64,000 bases of DNA, taken from assembly GCA_951406725.2 (NCBI GenBank), contig OX597814.1, forward strand, positions 52,018,001-52,082,000. Reading direction: 5' to 3'. The DNA is from Octopus vulgaris. Its lineage: Eukaryota. Below are positions 47,809 to 61,465 of this stretch, piece after piece. The translations under genes and the position numbers were made by a program. How positions within the stretch are numbered: position 1 is the first letter of the stretch; each line of letters opens with the position of its first letter. Below the pieces are notes generated by a model that made no database searches, was not told the DNA's origin, and worked only from the letters and a program-made list of their open reading frames with translations.

Positions 47809-48613
47809 TGTACACCTACACATAGACATACATGTTCGTACATCAGAGCTACAAGGACCATCTAGTTTTTCTTATGGATGACTGATGACTTGCACTGTGT
47901 CTTTGTTTAAAGTGAAGAAGAATTATGCATGATCAACCTCACTCTTGTCCTTTACCATTCTCAATCCAGTGGCAAGAACAGGTGAAGACTCTGGCAATCG
48001 AAGTCAATGAAGTGGATAACCATGGTATCTTACTTGCCTCATCTTGCTATCTGCAAACTAAAATCCGTTGCTTTCCCCTCCGTTGAACCATAAAGGTTCC
48101 ACAAAGTTCACTGAGCCCAGTCTTCACTTGCATAGGTAAGTAAGTTCTAGTATGTACCAAGTGCAAACATAATTGGCTGGATCTAATTGCTTGGAATAGA
48201 CAAGAATAAGTATGTACTATCATAGAAGTCAACTACCATACTAATGTAAATATATCAAAGATCAAAGAGAAAGAGAACTACAGACAACTGCCTTCAGCAT
48301 CTATACCTGGATTATAAATTCACATTTATACAAATAATTGATGCACTTCGTTTTGCTAATAAATGCCAAAGTAACAATCTGGAAAAGCTGGGGATTTTAG
48401 AAAAAGAAAGCATCCAGTTAACACATAAATTACAAATACAATCTGTAAATAGAACAATAGAAATATGCAAGAGTTTCTTTCTTCAAGTTCACAATGCAAA
48501 TTTTTTTTTCTTGTCTATATTCCTGCAACGGAAATTTGTATCTATGTTGGAAATCAACTTTTTACTTATAGAAAGGCTTCAAAAAATTTCAAAAATAGAA
48601 GAGAATACACAAA

Positions 48614-49005
48614 CATGCAGGAGTGGCTGTGTGGTAAAAAACTTGCTATTCAACCACATGGTTCTGGGTTCAGTCTCAGTGCGTGGCACCTTGGGCAAGT
48701 GCCTTCTACTATAGCCTCAAGCCTTGTGAGTGGATTTGGTAGATGTAAACTGAAAGAAGCCAGTTATATATACGTATATGCATATATATATATGTATGTG
48801 TGCGTTTGTTATTTGTGTCCGTGTTTGTCTCCCCACTATCGCTTGACAACCGATGTTGGTGTTTACATCTGTAACTTAGTGGTTCAGCAAAACAACTGAT
48901 TGAATAAGTACTAGGCATACAAAGAATAAGTCCTGGAGTCGATTTGTTTGACTAAAGGTGGTGTTTCAGCATGGCTGCAGTTAAATGACTGAAACAAGTA
49001 AAAGA
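48614..49005 (+). mobile_element. SINE family 2, full length
   Basis: GGAGTGGCTGTGTGGTAA, GGGTTCAGTC, internal TA/GT tract, ATGACTGAAACAAGTAAAAG tail. Confidence 0.88.
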
Positions 49006-49204
49006 ATATATATATATATATAACACAAAGTTAAGGGTTATGGGTGCAACCCACTAAGGGATAGTATTTATCCAAAGGTATATATGTATGATATTAAGGT
49101 TCTCATTTTGTTAAATGAATAAATAATTCATTCTAATATCCGAAAGTTGATGAACAAACTAAATTGTTTCTCCATTTTCTTATTTGTATTATATATATAT
49201 ATAT

Positions 49205-49254
<50 letters not shown>

Positions 49255-49439
49255 TAAAGTAGTCAGAATGTTGGATGATTATATATATTTATATATACAT
49301 TTTATATACACTTTTAGCGCTTTCTTCATTTATTGGATTTAACAAAAAGTGGTTTAAAGTTAGATTTCTTGGCCTTTTTATATATAAAAAATTGTGGGGT
49401 TTGCCAAGCAAGAAAGAAAAAGTTTGAGAAGGAGGGGGA

Positions 49440-49860
49440 GGTAAAGAGGCATGGCTTTTGTATGGGTATGGTCAGACTTGTTTGTTTTAGGATCCAAAAC
49501 TTAGTGGCCTTTTGGGGTGGGGAAGGAAAAGAACTTTTGTATTTGAATTTATCAAGGTTTTTAATTGAAAAAAAACAGATGTAGTTTTTGACTTTCTTCA
49601 GTAAAAATTATAATTGCATTTCCATGTCTTGCTTCTTTATTCTTTTGTGTTCATTAATGTGGGGGAGGTGAAGAGGTGTAGTTTTTGTACTAGTATGGTC
49701 AGATTTGTTTAATTAGAATTCAATATTTCATGGTCTTTTGGGTGGTGAAGGAAAGGAATTTTAGTAGTCAAGGTTTTTAATTGAAAAGCCAGATGTTGCT
49801 TTTGACTTTCTTCACTAAAAATTATAATTGCATTTCCAGGTCTTGGTTTTTTTCTTTTGT
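49440..49860. repeat. Diverged tandem duplication, period ~226 bp
   Basis: GTATGGTCAGA..TCAAGGTTTTTAATTGAAAA..TTTTTGACTTTCTTCA..AAAATTATAATTGCATTTCCA occurs twice. Confidence 0.8.
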
Positions 49861-49981
49861 ATTCTACAAAGAATGGTAGTATAGATGTAGTCAACTTTTT
49901 TTTATTGAAATTCTAGATGTTTTTGATTTAGCTATTTTTGAAAAAGTGATTTTTTGAGTACACTATACACTCACATGGCAA

Positions 49982-50017
<36 letters not shown>

Positions 50018-50327
50018 ACAACACACACTCAAAGACATCTATATATGTACATGTTCATATTTGTGCACACATACACACACCACACATACATAAGTACACA
50101 TGATTTTTTTTTTTTAATAATTAATATAATTAAAGTTTCATCTCTGTAGCTAAATAAACTTGGAAAGTTTTGGTCATTTTAGCCACTACTCTTGATTTTT
50201 GTCTGAGTAATTGTCTTTCAGACTGCAAAATGAAATTTTAAAAAAGCAATACACAATGCTGTCACAATTATATTTCCAATCGTATATTTCTGGTTGACTA
50301 CTTCAAAAACTATCTGTCATATCATGA

Positions 50328-50499
50328 TCATCATCATTATCGTTTAACGTCCGCTTTCCATGCTAGCATGGGTTGGACAATTTGACTGAGGACTGGTGAA
50401 CCAGATGGCTGCACCAGGCTCCAATCTTGATCTGGCAGAGTTTCTACAGCTGAATACCTTTCCTAATGCCAACCACTCTGAGAGTGTAGTGGCTGCTTT

Positions 50500-50500
<1 letters not shown>
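50328..50500 (-). mobile_element. RTE extreme 3'-end fragment
   Basis: (CAT)n CGTTTAACGTCCGCTTTCCATGCTAGCATGGGTTGGAC..CCTAATGCCAACCACTC. Confidence 0.8.
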
Positions 50501-50533
<33 letters not shown>

Positions 50534-50539
50534 TATATA

Positions 50540-50948
50540 GGGACAGACATGGCTGTGTAGTAAGATGTTTGCCAATCATTTATAGTTCCGAGTTGAGTTC
50601 CAATGTATGGCACCTTGGGCAAGTCTCTTCCACTATAGTTTCAAAACAACTAAAGCCTTGTGAGTAGATTTAATAGACAGAAACTCAAAGAAGCCAGTCA
50701 TATATATTTGTGTGTGTGTGTGTGTGTGTGTGTGTATTTGTCCCCCACTATTGCTTGACAACCTATTGCTTGACAACCAGTGTTAGTTTGTTTACATCCC
50801 TGTAGTTTAGTAGTCTGGCAAAAGAGACCCATAGAATAAGTACCAGATTTTAAAAAATGAATACTGGAGTTGATTTGTTCAACTAAAATCCTTGAAAGTG
50901 GTGCCCCAGTATGGCTGAAGTCTAATGACTAAAACAAATAGAAGATAA
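50540..50948 (+). mobile_element. SINE family 2, full length
   Basis: Head, (GT)n, GGTGCCCCAGTATGGCTG tail. Confidence 0.8.
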
Positions 50949-52420
50949 AGAGATGAAGATAATACATATATACATACATACACACATATTTATATGCAAA
51001 CATACACGCTTACGTATGTTTACATATATGTTCATGGATAAACACTCACGCACATATGTCCATGTTGCTTTACACTTTGGTCTTACAGGGCTTTGTCTAT
51101 GAATTCAAAGTAGTTTTCCAAAGTGTAAACCAACAAATATTCCTTTTTTATGCTATTGTACTTTTTCAAAAGTAATGAAAAGAAAGGAAATATTGGATAA
51201 AGTAATACTATACATATTATTTGAATAAAGACAGTTTGGTCATAACTGGAACATCATTGACTAAAGATCTGCAGAATCAAGCCTGACCTGGTTCTAAACA
51301 ACAGCTATATGTATGGAGTCTTATTGTAAATTTTCTCTTTAATGGGGGTTAAACTATAACTTATGCATGCATCACAGTCAACCTGCTGATCAAATCAGCA
51401 AAACTTTCTATTAACTTTTCAATTACTGATACTATCTGTCAGTTTTAACTCCTGGAAGGAATGTCACAATTTGTTTTGTTTTGATTTTGTTTTTTTTTCA
51501 ATCCAGTAGTATTTGATATTAGAATGCACAAAGCTGAAACATATCACAAGGTCTACCACTAACAATTCTACCAATGCATCACCCTTAGTACTTCATCAGC
51601 CCCCAAAAAGAAGAAAGGTAAAGCTAACTTGAGTGAATTGGAAGGACAAAGACTCAGCTGCCACTTTTCTGGTTTTCTTACCTCACTTGCTGACCTGCTT
51701 CCTTTGTTTAACCAGCTATTTCCAAGAGATTTTACTGAAAATGAAATTTCACACAATACCAATGAACTAATAAAGATGTAAAAACTAATATTGATTCTAG
51801 TTTTAAATATGTTAGATACTTCCTCTTGACAATAAGCATACACAGAAGAGTTAGTGTATATTCCGAAGTGATATATGAATGGCAGTTAATAGTGTTGGAA
51901 TTACTGCCAAATATCTGTAATGCATTTGAACTTACAATTTTTCAGATGGCAGTCCTATATCCAGCTAAGTTGAGTTTCATAAACTTTTTATTTTGCCATG
52001 TCTTCACCATTTCAAATTCTTTCATGTACGACTTTTCTAGATCTTGTTGGATTCTCTTTCTATCATCAACTCTGGTTATTTTTCTAAGTAATGAAGATAA
52101 CCTCTCTTTGATTTTGTTATTTAGTTGCTGTTTTTTCCAACAGTTGTAATAGATCCTCTCACAGACGAGGGCATGTCCTGCCCTTTCCGCTACTCTTCTA
52201 GCTTTATATGAATCCACTGGTATCATTATATTCAAGCCAGGTAGTATTAGCTTTGAGTCTCTACATCTACACAGGAAAATTAGATGGTTTGAAAAACAAG
52301 CTAGTTTTTGCTGGAGTTTCTCTATATGTCTCCATTGAAGTCTAATGTCGGCTCTGTACCAATTAGATAATACAATTCTTTATTTACATTTGACGGATAT
52401 TTGTCCTTATCTTGTTTGTT

Positions 52421-52474
52421 GATAACATTTCGGCTGATATACCCTCCAGCCTTCATCAGGTGTCTTGGAGAAAT
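52421..52474 (-). ncRNA. PLE-type minimal hammerhead motif
   Basis: GACAC-CUGAUGA-A-GGCUG(gaggguauau)CAGCC-GAAAUGUU; stem I 3' strand partly lost. Confidence 0.7.
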
Positions 52475-52797
52475 TTAAAACCTGGGTTCTCATTCCTAAG
52501 GTATTTCTCGATGTTATTATTATCATCATCAATATCATTATTATTCAGGTCACTGCCTGGAATCAAACTCGGAATCCTGGGGTTAGTAGCCTGTGCTCTA
52601 AACCACTACATCATATGCTCGTAGGCAATTATGGAGTGAGTTTTAGGGCTTATGAATCTAATATTTTTCTATCCTTCCTTAATACCAGTTCCCACATACT
52701 ACTTATATCTGCACTTGGTCTGCTTAGGAGGTTGTTGTGTCCTAGCATATGTGCTGCTTCTTTTAGTTTTCATATTTTCCAGTCATGTTCTGTCTAT

Positions 52798-52862
52798 CAT
52801 GGCATAGTGGTTAAGAGCACGGGCTACTAACCGTAAGATTCTGAGTTCGATTCCAGGCAGTG
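52798..52862 (+). promoter_or_regulatory. tRNA-like segment with Pol III A and B boxes (second copy 52551-52615, minus)
   Basis: TGGCATAGTGG A box, CGGGCTACTAACCG anticodon-arm-like segment, GAGTTCGATTCC B box; acceptor stem not intact. Confidence 0.7.
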
Positions 52863-52929
52863 ACCTGAACAACAACAACAACATTGAAAAATACCTTAGG
52901 AATGAGAACCCAGGTTTGAAATTTTCCAA

Positions 52930-52975
52930 GACACCTGATGAAAGCTGGAAGGTATATCAGCCGAAACATTGTGTT
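52930..52975 (+). ncRNA. PLE-type minimal hammerhead motif
   Basis: GACAC-CTGATGA-AAGCTG..CAGCC-GAAACATT-GTGTT; stem I GACAC/GTGTT. Confidence 0.7.
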
Positions 52976-53899
52976 AACAACAAACAAGATGAGGACAAAT
53001 ATCCATCAAATGTAAATAATGTACATAATTCCTCATCTCTTAAATATAGAACTGTATTCTGCATTAGTTGTATGAGTATCAGATGAGTACAAGAACTAAG
53101 AAAGTTAGTGAGTTGTGAAGTCATTGAAAACAATAGGTTCATAGAAGGGTGAAGTGACATAGATATCTTCAACCAAGGGAAGAGATGCGGTCAAAGAGTT
53201 GATGGTGGTTGGAGGAGTTGTGATAGAAGAAGTAGATGCATTTTGAAGAGTGATGGAAGTATATTTTGAGCTAGAAGAATTGATAGTCTCCATTGCCGAT
53301 ATCCTGATGAGTAAGTAATAAGATTGGAATTGATATTTGTTCAGACACCATACAGATTTAAATATAGTCAGCACAACAGAAATAGATTATGACTAAGGAT
53401 TGAAAAATGCATATCCCAGAGCGGAATAAGATATGTGGTTTGTATGTTAGCACGAGATGACATGTGAGGTCTATATTAAATTGGAGTTCATGGATATTAA
53501 GGGAGAACTATCCACTGGGTTTAGTTTTAGGCATTATGGAAAGTACAGAATGAGGTCACATATTTAACATTAGATTAACTTTTAAACTGTATCTGTCAAT
53601 GTTGTTATATCTGAATCAGGGTGCAGCAAAAATTAGAGATAGGTTTAAAGCTCCATCTTAGTGTAAGCAATGTTCTAGTTGCAATCACCAAGCCATGAGA
53701 AAACTTGAACTTAATGAAACACTTACAAATTATGAAATGCTCCTGATTTCCACAATAGTAAACTATGTTATTACAAAGGTGTTCCATAAGTAATGTTGGT
53801 AACTGCTGCCACACCCTCAAGATGACTTGCATTTACAATGAGCAAAAGTTAAGCAGCATAATTATGGTTACAAGGGGGTGGGGCCTTGACCCAGTTATT

Positions 53900-55090
53900 A
53901 CTTGAGTAATTTGATAAAACTTAGAGACAACTTCAACAGAAGTCCTCAGCTAAGAGTAAACCACTGTACCTCATGTCAGTTGATCTGGAGAAGGTTCCAC
54001 ACTCACACTGTAGTTTAGTGATCCCTAAGAAAACTAAATGCACATAAATGGCTCATGAGCATTGTGCCAGGTTGTGTATAGAGATGCCATCAGCAAGGTA
54101 AGAGTTGGCAATGAGTTCAGAGGCAAACTTAGTATGCAAGTAGGAGAGCATCAAGGCTCATTTACTAGATCCCTACAGTTTATTGGAACATAAAGAGAAG
54201 CAGAAGACTGAGTGTTCATGGGAACTCTTGTATGCTGATGACCTAATTCTCAGTTGAATCTGTAGAAGATTTAAAGAAGAAATTCAAAACCTAGTAAAAT
54301 CTACACTTAAAATAAACCTAGCAAAGACAGAAGTTTTTACATAGTAGGAAAGAAGATGAAGCTCAACTGCCAGCAGACAAATTGCCAGGTTCAATATGCA
54401 GAAAATGAGTTGGTAGAAATTTCATACAAGTGTCTAATGTAAAACAAATGAACAAGTGGCATAGGATCACAGACAGACTGTGAAAGAAGAGAGAAGAGTA
54501 GGGGAAGGTAGATTTCATATGTGGGAAATGCATAAGAGCAGTTAGAGTACATATGAAATACATTCCTTCTAATGCCCAGGAGACTCTTCAGAAGTTGTTG
54601 ATAGATCTTGTTAACCTCGCTAATCTAATTAGTAGTGGCAAAATCTGATTAATAGAGGAGATGCTCTGAAAATATAGCTACAAAAGTAAAAACAAGATGG
54701 AAAGAGGTCAGGAAGCTATTACCTCTGCATGAAACAAAGAGTTTTTCTTTTAGAGTGAAAGCTAAACTGTATGATGGTTGTGTATGGAGTGTGATATTGC
54801 ATGACAGTGAAAGATGAGCCTTGAAAGCAGGGGTTTTGTAACTGCTAGAAAGAGGTAAGTATGCTACGAACGAGCACAAATGAGTTAAGAAAAATATCTG
54901 GATATAAGGGGGATTGAATGTAGTGAGCAAGAGAAAAGACTATACTGATACAGGCAAGTGATGTATATTGTGAATGTTACTTGCATAAAGATATGCCTTA
55001 GTGCTCCAAACGATTGGAACCTGTAAAAGAGATCTTAGAAGACATGGGAAGTGAGAAAGACTGATTTCAAGAGTCCAAACCTAAATATTC
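53900..55090 (+). pseudogene. Old RTE RT relic of the PHD-containing type
   Basis: KPLYL..VDLEK, VGEHQGS, WELLYADDL, INLAKTEV, SICRK*VGRNFIQ remnants colinear with 10510-11745. Confidence 0.8.
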
Positions 55091-55274
55091 TTGTGAAGCT
55101 TCTATATTCCACCCTTCTCTTCTCTTTGTTACCTTCTCCCCTTCACCCTACTTCCCTAACAGCACTAACTGCCATCATGCTGCCTATGTAACACGAGATG
55201 GGACAATGTCTGTATTTGATCCTTCTATTACCATTCTTATTTATTGCTAACCATCTCTGTCTCTCTCATATATA

Positions 55275-56177
55275 TTGGGTCATCCCATAAATAATGCGGT
55301 TTTTTACACTTCTTTTATTTTTCAAGATTAAGATAAGCAAGATACATTTTTGATTTAAAAATACTCCATTTTCTACAATACTCTCCCATCTATCTGGTAG
55401 ATTTGCAAGGCCCCCTCTTCCAAAATTTACTTGTCTGTGACTAAAAATACACCTCCAGTACTCTTCTGACCTCATGTACAGAAATCATATTGTTTCCGTC
55501 CAAATGATTTTGAAGACTGCGGAATAAATGATAATCAGATGGGGCAATGTCTGGTGAATACAGTGGGTGGGGTATCGTTTCCCATTCAAGCTGCTCCAGC
55601 CTTTGGAATGTCATCCTCTCTGTATGTGGTCAAGCATTATCCTGATGGAAGAACACTTTTCATCTTGAAACCAAAGATGGTTGTTTTATTTCTAGCACAG
55701 GTGTCTAAATCCAAGCTCCTCTGCTAGTTTCTCGACAGTCACAACAAGATTTTGTTCCACCAGGGTTTGCAGAATGTCCTTATCAAGCTCTACAGATCTT
55801 CCAGGACAAGGTTCATCTTCTAGGCTGTAGTTTCTGGCTTGGAATTTCTGGAACCACCATTGACACCAGCTTACACCTATTGTCCAATCCCCATACACTG
55901 CATTAATATTCCTCGCACTTTCCATTGCGTTGCTGCCTTCATTGAACTCAAAGCAAAATATGCCTAATATGCAAAATGTTCCTTTGCTACTTCCATTATA
56001 GCTTTGAAAAAATAACTTAAAAATCGAACAGCATTCTTCAAAACTTGCACAAAGAATAAAGACATGGTAAAATTACTACTTGCTTTTATAACAAAGTTGA
56101 TGCAGGTAGTTTATCTCATCTCCCTCCAACTTAGTTCGTGCAACTGAAAAAACTGCATTATTTATGGGATGACCCAA
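55275..56177 (-). mobile_element. Internally deleted mariner element
   Basis: TIRs TTGGGTCATCCCATAAATAATGC / GCATTATTTATGGGATGACCCAA; RNINAVYGDW..LEDEPCPGRS and LPDRWESIVENG transposase pieces. Confidence 0.92.
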
Positions 56178-56440
56178 CACACACATCCTTCGAAACGTAG
56201 AGTAGATGAAACCATAGCGACTGAAGAAGGGTTTTTTTTCTTTGTGTTAATTGTCCTGTACTCCATATTTTGTTGTTTTTAAAAAAATGTCCAGTTCCTT
56301 TGGTTTATGTCTATGTTTTCGTTTCTCTTTGTGTTCGACGTCCCTTTGGTGTCCTGTACTCATATATGCGTGTATATGTACATGTAGAGGTAGGTACGTA
56401 CATATATGTTTCTATATATGCATATGTTTTATTTCATTTA

Positions 56441-56493
<53 letters not shown>

Positions 56494-56550
56494 TAGAATT
56501 GAAAAATTCATGTGCTCAAAAGGGTTACGAAATGTCATAATAAACTTTAA

Positions 56551-57155
56551 TAGGTATGGGACTAGCATTGTTGCTCAAAAATATTGGAATCACTATATAT
56601 TGTACATTCTGTGGTATCTTAAAACAAAAAGAGACTCATGTGTGAATTACAATATCATGATAATTATAAACTGAGTTCTTAATATAAAAATTCGAAAATG
56701 TACAAAATATGATCTTTAACTTCGAATAAGTAAATTCATTATAATACTCTCAACCAAAGTATATAAAAGACATATTTCAAACTGCATGAAAATTACCATG
56801 ATAATAAAAAAAAAGCTGGATTTATGATCAAGTCAAATCTATATAACAGCAAAAGTACAAAACTGAAATATTTATAAGCAAAGACAGTTCCCATTATGAT
56901 ACACATATTAATGGAATTAGTTATGCAAATTAAACAAATTATTGCTAAACTATTTTTGGTTGATTACTTGTAAATTTATAAAAATTATCATTCATAGATT
57001 GAATTAAAATTGAGAATATGATAATTTAACTTATTTTTTAATATAACTTAAGTTCAATGAACTAGACAAATTTCTTGTGATAAAAGGATGCCACAGAATG
57101 TACAACATATAAGTGATACCAATATTTTTGAGCAACAATGCTAGTCCCATACTTT
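56551..57155. mobile_element. MITE with ~45-bp TIRs flanked by TTAA
   Basis: GTATGGGACTAGCATTGTTGCTCAAAAATATTGG / CCAATATTTTTGAGCAACAATGCTAGTCCCATAC; TTAA at 56547-50 and 57156-59. Confidence 0.85.
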
Positions 57156-57297
57156 TTAAGGTTTATTGTGATATTTTGTAACCCTTTGGAGCATGTGCAC
57201 TTTTCAATTCTAGTTTTGTACTTTTGAAGGCAACGCTTGTAATGTTTTGTACAGGTACTGTATTTCTCCTGATGGAGTGGCAGCTAATGGGTGTACA

Positions 57298-57342
<45 letters not shown>

Positions 57343-57717
57343 ATGCTCGCTCGTGTGTGAGTGTGTGTTGTGCATGTGTGTGTGCGTGTGCATGTGTGTG
57401 TGCGTGTGCAAGTATGTTCTCATATAGTCCCACAGATCTTGTTTAATTCAGCTTAAAAATTAATAGAAATCAATGTCATTTATATTTCTTTCTTTCACAT
57501 TTCCCTTGATAAATAAATAGTAAGTGTTAATTTACATTTCTTCCTTTTCTCCATACATGTTGCAATATTTAGGCTCTTTGATGCATGTTGCAATATTTTG
57601 GCTCTATGGTGGTAAAAAAAAAAAACCACATGGACTGTTATAACTAATATAGCTTTTTTGATGTCGATCTCGTTTTCTTCTTGGGAATTTACAAATTTTA
57701 CATACACATATGCAGCA

Positions 57718-57866
57718 TTCCCATAACTTAGCAGTTCAGCAAAAGAGACCAATGACTAAGTATCAGGCTTAAAAAAAGTATTGGAGTCAATTCTTCCAAC
57801 TAAAAGATTCTCCAAGGTGGTGCCCCAGCATGGCTGCAGTCTAATGATTGCAACAAGTAAAAGAAA
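57718..57866 (+). mobile_element. SINE family 2, 3' fragment
   Basis: CCCATAACTTAGCAGTTCAGCAAAAGAGACC..GGTGCCCCAGCATGGCTGCAGTC tail. Confidence 0.75.
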
Positions 57867-60635
57867 TAAAAAAAGATAACATTAATAGTTTGAAATCTGT
57901 TCCTTTATATCGTGTTTCATACCAATCCTCATTAACAAAGTGTTTGACTTTTTAATTGCCTAAAGTTGACACATACCAATCATGAAGTAGCCAATTCCAT
58001 CAAGGAACTTAAATATGATCTACACACAGTTTAAAGTTTCTAAAACTGAGCTAAATAGGAAGATTCAGCAAAACAAATAAAAGGATAAAAACATATTAAC
58101 AAACATAATAAACACAATTGTCATGCAAAAAATTGAATAGCACAAATGTCCAGTACTCCTTTGTTTCATAGCCATTATCAACACCTCTCTTAGAAAATTT
58201 TCCACCAATAGCTTTATTAGCCATGCAAGTAAAGTTAATTGGGAGTGTTGACGTTTCAGACTACGTGACCTATCAGATGGCCTATTCAAATACTAGATTT
58301 TTATCTGTGGATTACAATCAACAAATTATACTGAAATTCAAACACATTTTATCAGCAATAGAGACATCTTGAAATTACACTAAAAGCAATGACAAACATG
58401 TGTCAATGCATAATCAACCTGAAGCAAGAATCAATGATGCCTAAGAAAAACGATAAGCCAGTTCTATTTAAATGATAACAGAGTAAACAAAAGTAAATCC
58501 TCTTCGTCTACAAAAATCAAACAAACTGAACCAATTCTCCAAAATCATCTGCATACTGGCAGTGTAAAAAGTGGTATTTATAAAATTTTACCTGTGCAAC
58601 AATTGCTAATAAAAGACAAGAGTATAATAATTTTCATTGCTTTAAAGGTCAACATGAATAAACAGAGTAACTAATGCACATCAGCAAAATACAAGACAAC
58701 CAACAATTTAGTCAGAAATACAGATGGATAAGGACTAGTATTTCAATAATTCTTAATCATTTGAATAAGTAAGGATTCATGATACAAAATTATGCCTTAA
58801 ACCCTTGTGGAAAGAGTTAAGTTAAAGGATACAAAAAGATTATCTGAAAAGCTGTTAAGTTAGTCTTCAAAATACAGTCTTTTATTGAGAGGCCAAAAAG
58901 AAAACTCACAAATCACACCATAACAATCCTGGTAGAAGTAAACATCAATATGTGATCTATGACAAACAATTCTCTACCAGAATAGGCTTTCTTTTCACAG
59001 AATATAAATAAGTAATCCTCTCCTGTTTTTTTTTTCCTGCATTCCCTGTTTCCTATTTATTTTGTTAGTTCTAAAAAATATTGCCAGAGAACTATCATCA
59101 TTTCATATTTCTTCTTTAAGTTTTGAGTGAAACAAAACCTCAATTGATAAAAATATCACACAAGTACTTTGTGATAAGTTTATAACCCTGCACTTCTAGG
59201 TTCAATCCCTGGAGAAGTAACATGGGAATAACTAATCAAATCAAATCAAAAGTAGAAACTATGTTTTCTCATAGCAATCAGCAGAAGTGATGCCAATACC
59301 CACATTCATTTTGGCAAGCTGATGAATATTAATGTTTGGTTACAGCCAGCTGTTTGGGGAATTGCACCTTTTATAGAATATTATCTGATGTAATTTACAG
59401 AATACCAAATTTAGTTTAAAGGAAGGGTAATTTAATTTATTAAAAGATCAAACTGAAATAACAAAGAACATTTTGAAACTATTCCTTTAATATCATTCTG
59501 TATGTTGAAAAGATATATTGCATAAATCATAAGATGCTTTATTCTGGATGCGTCAATAAACTAAAAGATAAGAGCAAATGTATAAAATCATTCTTGGTCT
59601 GTTTAAAGAGACAACACAAAAGCAAAAACAAATAGCATTGAAAGGGAATTATTTGCTCAACTGCAACAACTAAAAGTATCAATATGAACTACAATGATTC
59701 AAGATCTCTCTTCTAGTCACTGGTTCAAAGAAATGCTCAGCTTCTGTCTATGTTCAGCTCTCTATTTCTGTTTTTCTGCTCATTAGCATCTGTTTGTACC
59801 ATGCTGAATCTGGCTTTCAGAGAGAGAGACATCTTTTAGCTTCTGTATTTTTCATTTCTGAAATTATCATTTTCTTTTCTTTTTTCTTATTAAATCATTC
59901 ACCATCAATCAATCAATGAAAGAGGGGTTGGTATATTCCTCACCAGTAACTTACTTATAATACAGATCAAAATTCCACAAGAATGGTTACTGAGCTTTTG
60001 GTTGATTGACTTTTAAGTTTGTTTTACTAAAAATTAAGTCACATGTAGCAAAGGAATATCATTATTGCCTCCTACATAATCACAATAGACACTAATTTAT
60101 CTTTTCTGATGTCTGGGAACAAAGCAACTAAAATTTCTAAAAATGTTACTATATCTTCATCAAGTACGTTTATATTGCCTATCAGATACCTAAATAGAGG
60201 TATTAGATTATTCACATAAGATTGGATACTTATGAGGTTTTCCATCCACTTCCCTGCTAATAGTTAATACCTCTACTAATTTCTAGAATTATTACCTAGG
60301 CAAAATAAGTCCTATCTACAATACTTACTGCTTCCTTCTGATCAATTTAGGAGCTACATCTTTAATTTACACACTCCATAGGCCTACTTTTATTTATATT
60401 TTTAACACCCTAGCTTCTACATAAGTTGTTCAGTTTAATTGCTGGATTTTCATGAAACAACAAATATGTTGTATAGTTTCATAAGAAATAAAATTGCTAA
60501 GTAATTAAAAGGTAATTTTAATTAAATAGACAGATGAATATTAATGGTTGATTAGATCATTAAAGGGATTTAAAATTTCTAAAATTTACATAAGCATTTG
60601 CTGAAACTATAAGATACAAAGAAATAGAAGAATTT

Positions 60636-60685
<50 letters not shown>

Positions 60686-61465
60686 ATACATTTAAATTTC
60701 TGTGAAATCAGATCAGTTAAAAGATCTATTCTAGACAGGATTTTTTTATACTATCCTTAAAGCAACAATATTTATAACAATAAGTTATACATTTACATTG
60801 GGTCGCCTATATTTTTGCAATATTTTAGCTTCCGATTAATTCCTTCTTAAATCGTTTACATTTTGTAACCAATATTTCTAAAAATAAACTGATAAGTTAA
60901 AAATCTTACTTTTAACAATATTAATCACTGACAAATATTAATTTCAAAAAAAAAAAAAAAGAGATCATGTCTAACAATTTTGATATTTGTTTAAAAAAAT
61001 TACATCGTGCTAAATTTAGTAATTTATCAATTCAATTTATAAATAGCTGCTTTTGAAAATTAGATATTTCTAATATTAATTGTATGTATATAGTTGTAGC
61101 TTGGCTTCTGAATATTGATTCAAAAGGTTATGATTTTAAACATCAATGTTATGATGATGTGTTTTTCCTCAATTAACCTAATTAAAGAAATTATAAAGAA
61201 CTACTGCCTCATTTGCAATTAGTATCAACAGAATGATGGTACTGATATACATATGGTTTGTATACGTGCATGTGTGTGTCATCATAGACAGAATTTACTG
61301 AAACAGATTTTCAATGGCTGGATGTCCTTCCTGTCATATATTACTTACATTTCATTTATGAGAAGGTAAATAGGTAAGCTGTCCAACCTTCACATTAATT
61401 GTAACAAAATGAAAGTTCATCAAGTTTGCAACTTATTTAATTCTTTGTTTTCAATGACCAGTTAA

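Larger units (their letters stand above)
51945..53060 (-). mobile_element. Penelope-like element junction: GIY-YIG end / pseudo-LTR / ORF N-terminus, plus an inverted pseudo-LTR
   Basis: Minus strand EHDWKIWKLKEAAHMLGHNNLLSRPSADISSMW (52650-52790) and IEKLQQKLACFSNHLIFLCRCRDSKLILPGL (52230-52330); 52381-52612 is inverted at 52801-53018. Confidence 0.82.

Noticed and set aside
52798-52862. Functional tRNA gene
   Set aside because: Acceptor stem does not close, there is no T-run terminator, and it is embedded in a repeat; kept only as a tRNA-derived promoter
53021-53049. 29-nt GT..AG segment absent from the other pseudo-LTR arm (intron?)
   Set aside because: Too short for a spliceosomal intron, and the best alignment shifts the gap off GT-AG
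56186-56250. CGAAACGT and CTGAAGA half-motifs of a hammerhead
   Set aside because: The halves cannot be closed into three stems within the visible sequence
57900-61460. AT-rich unique-looking stretch
   Set aside because: No ORF, repeat or structure that I can support
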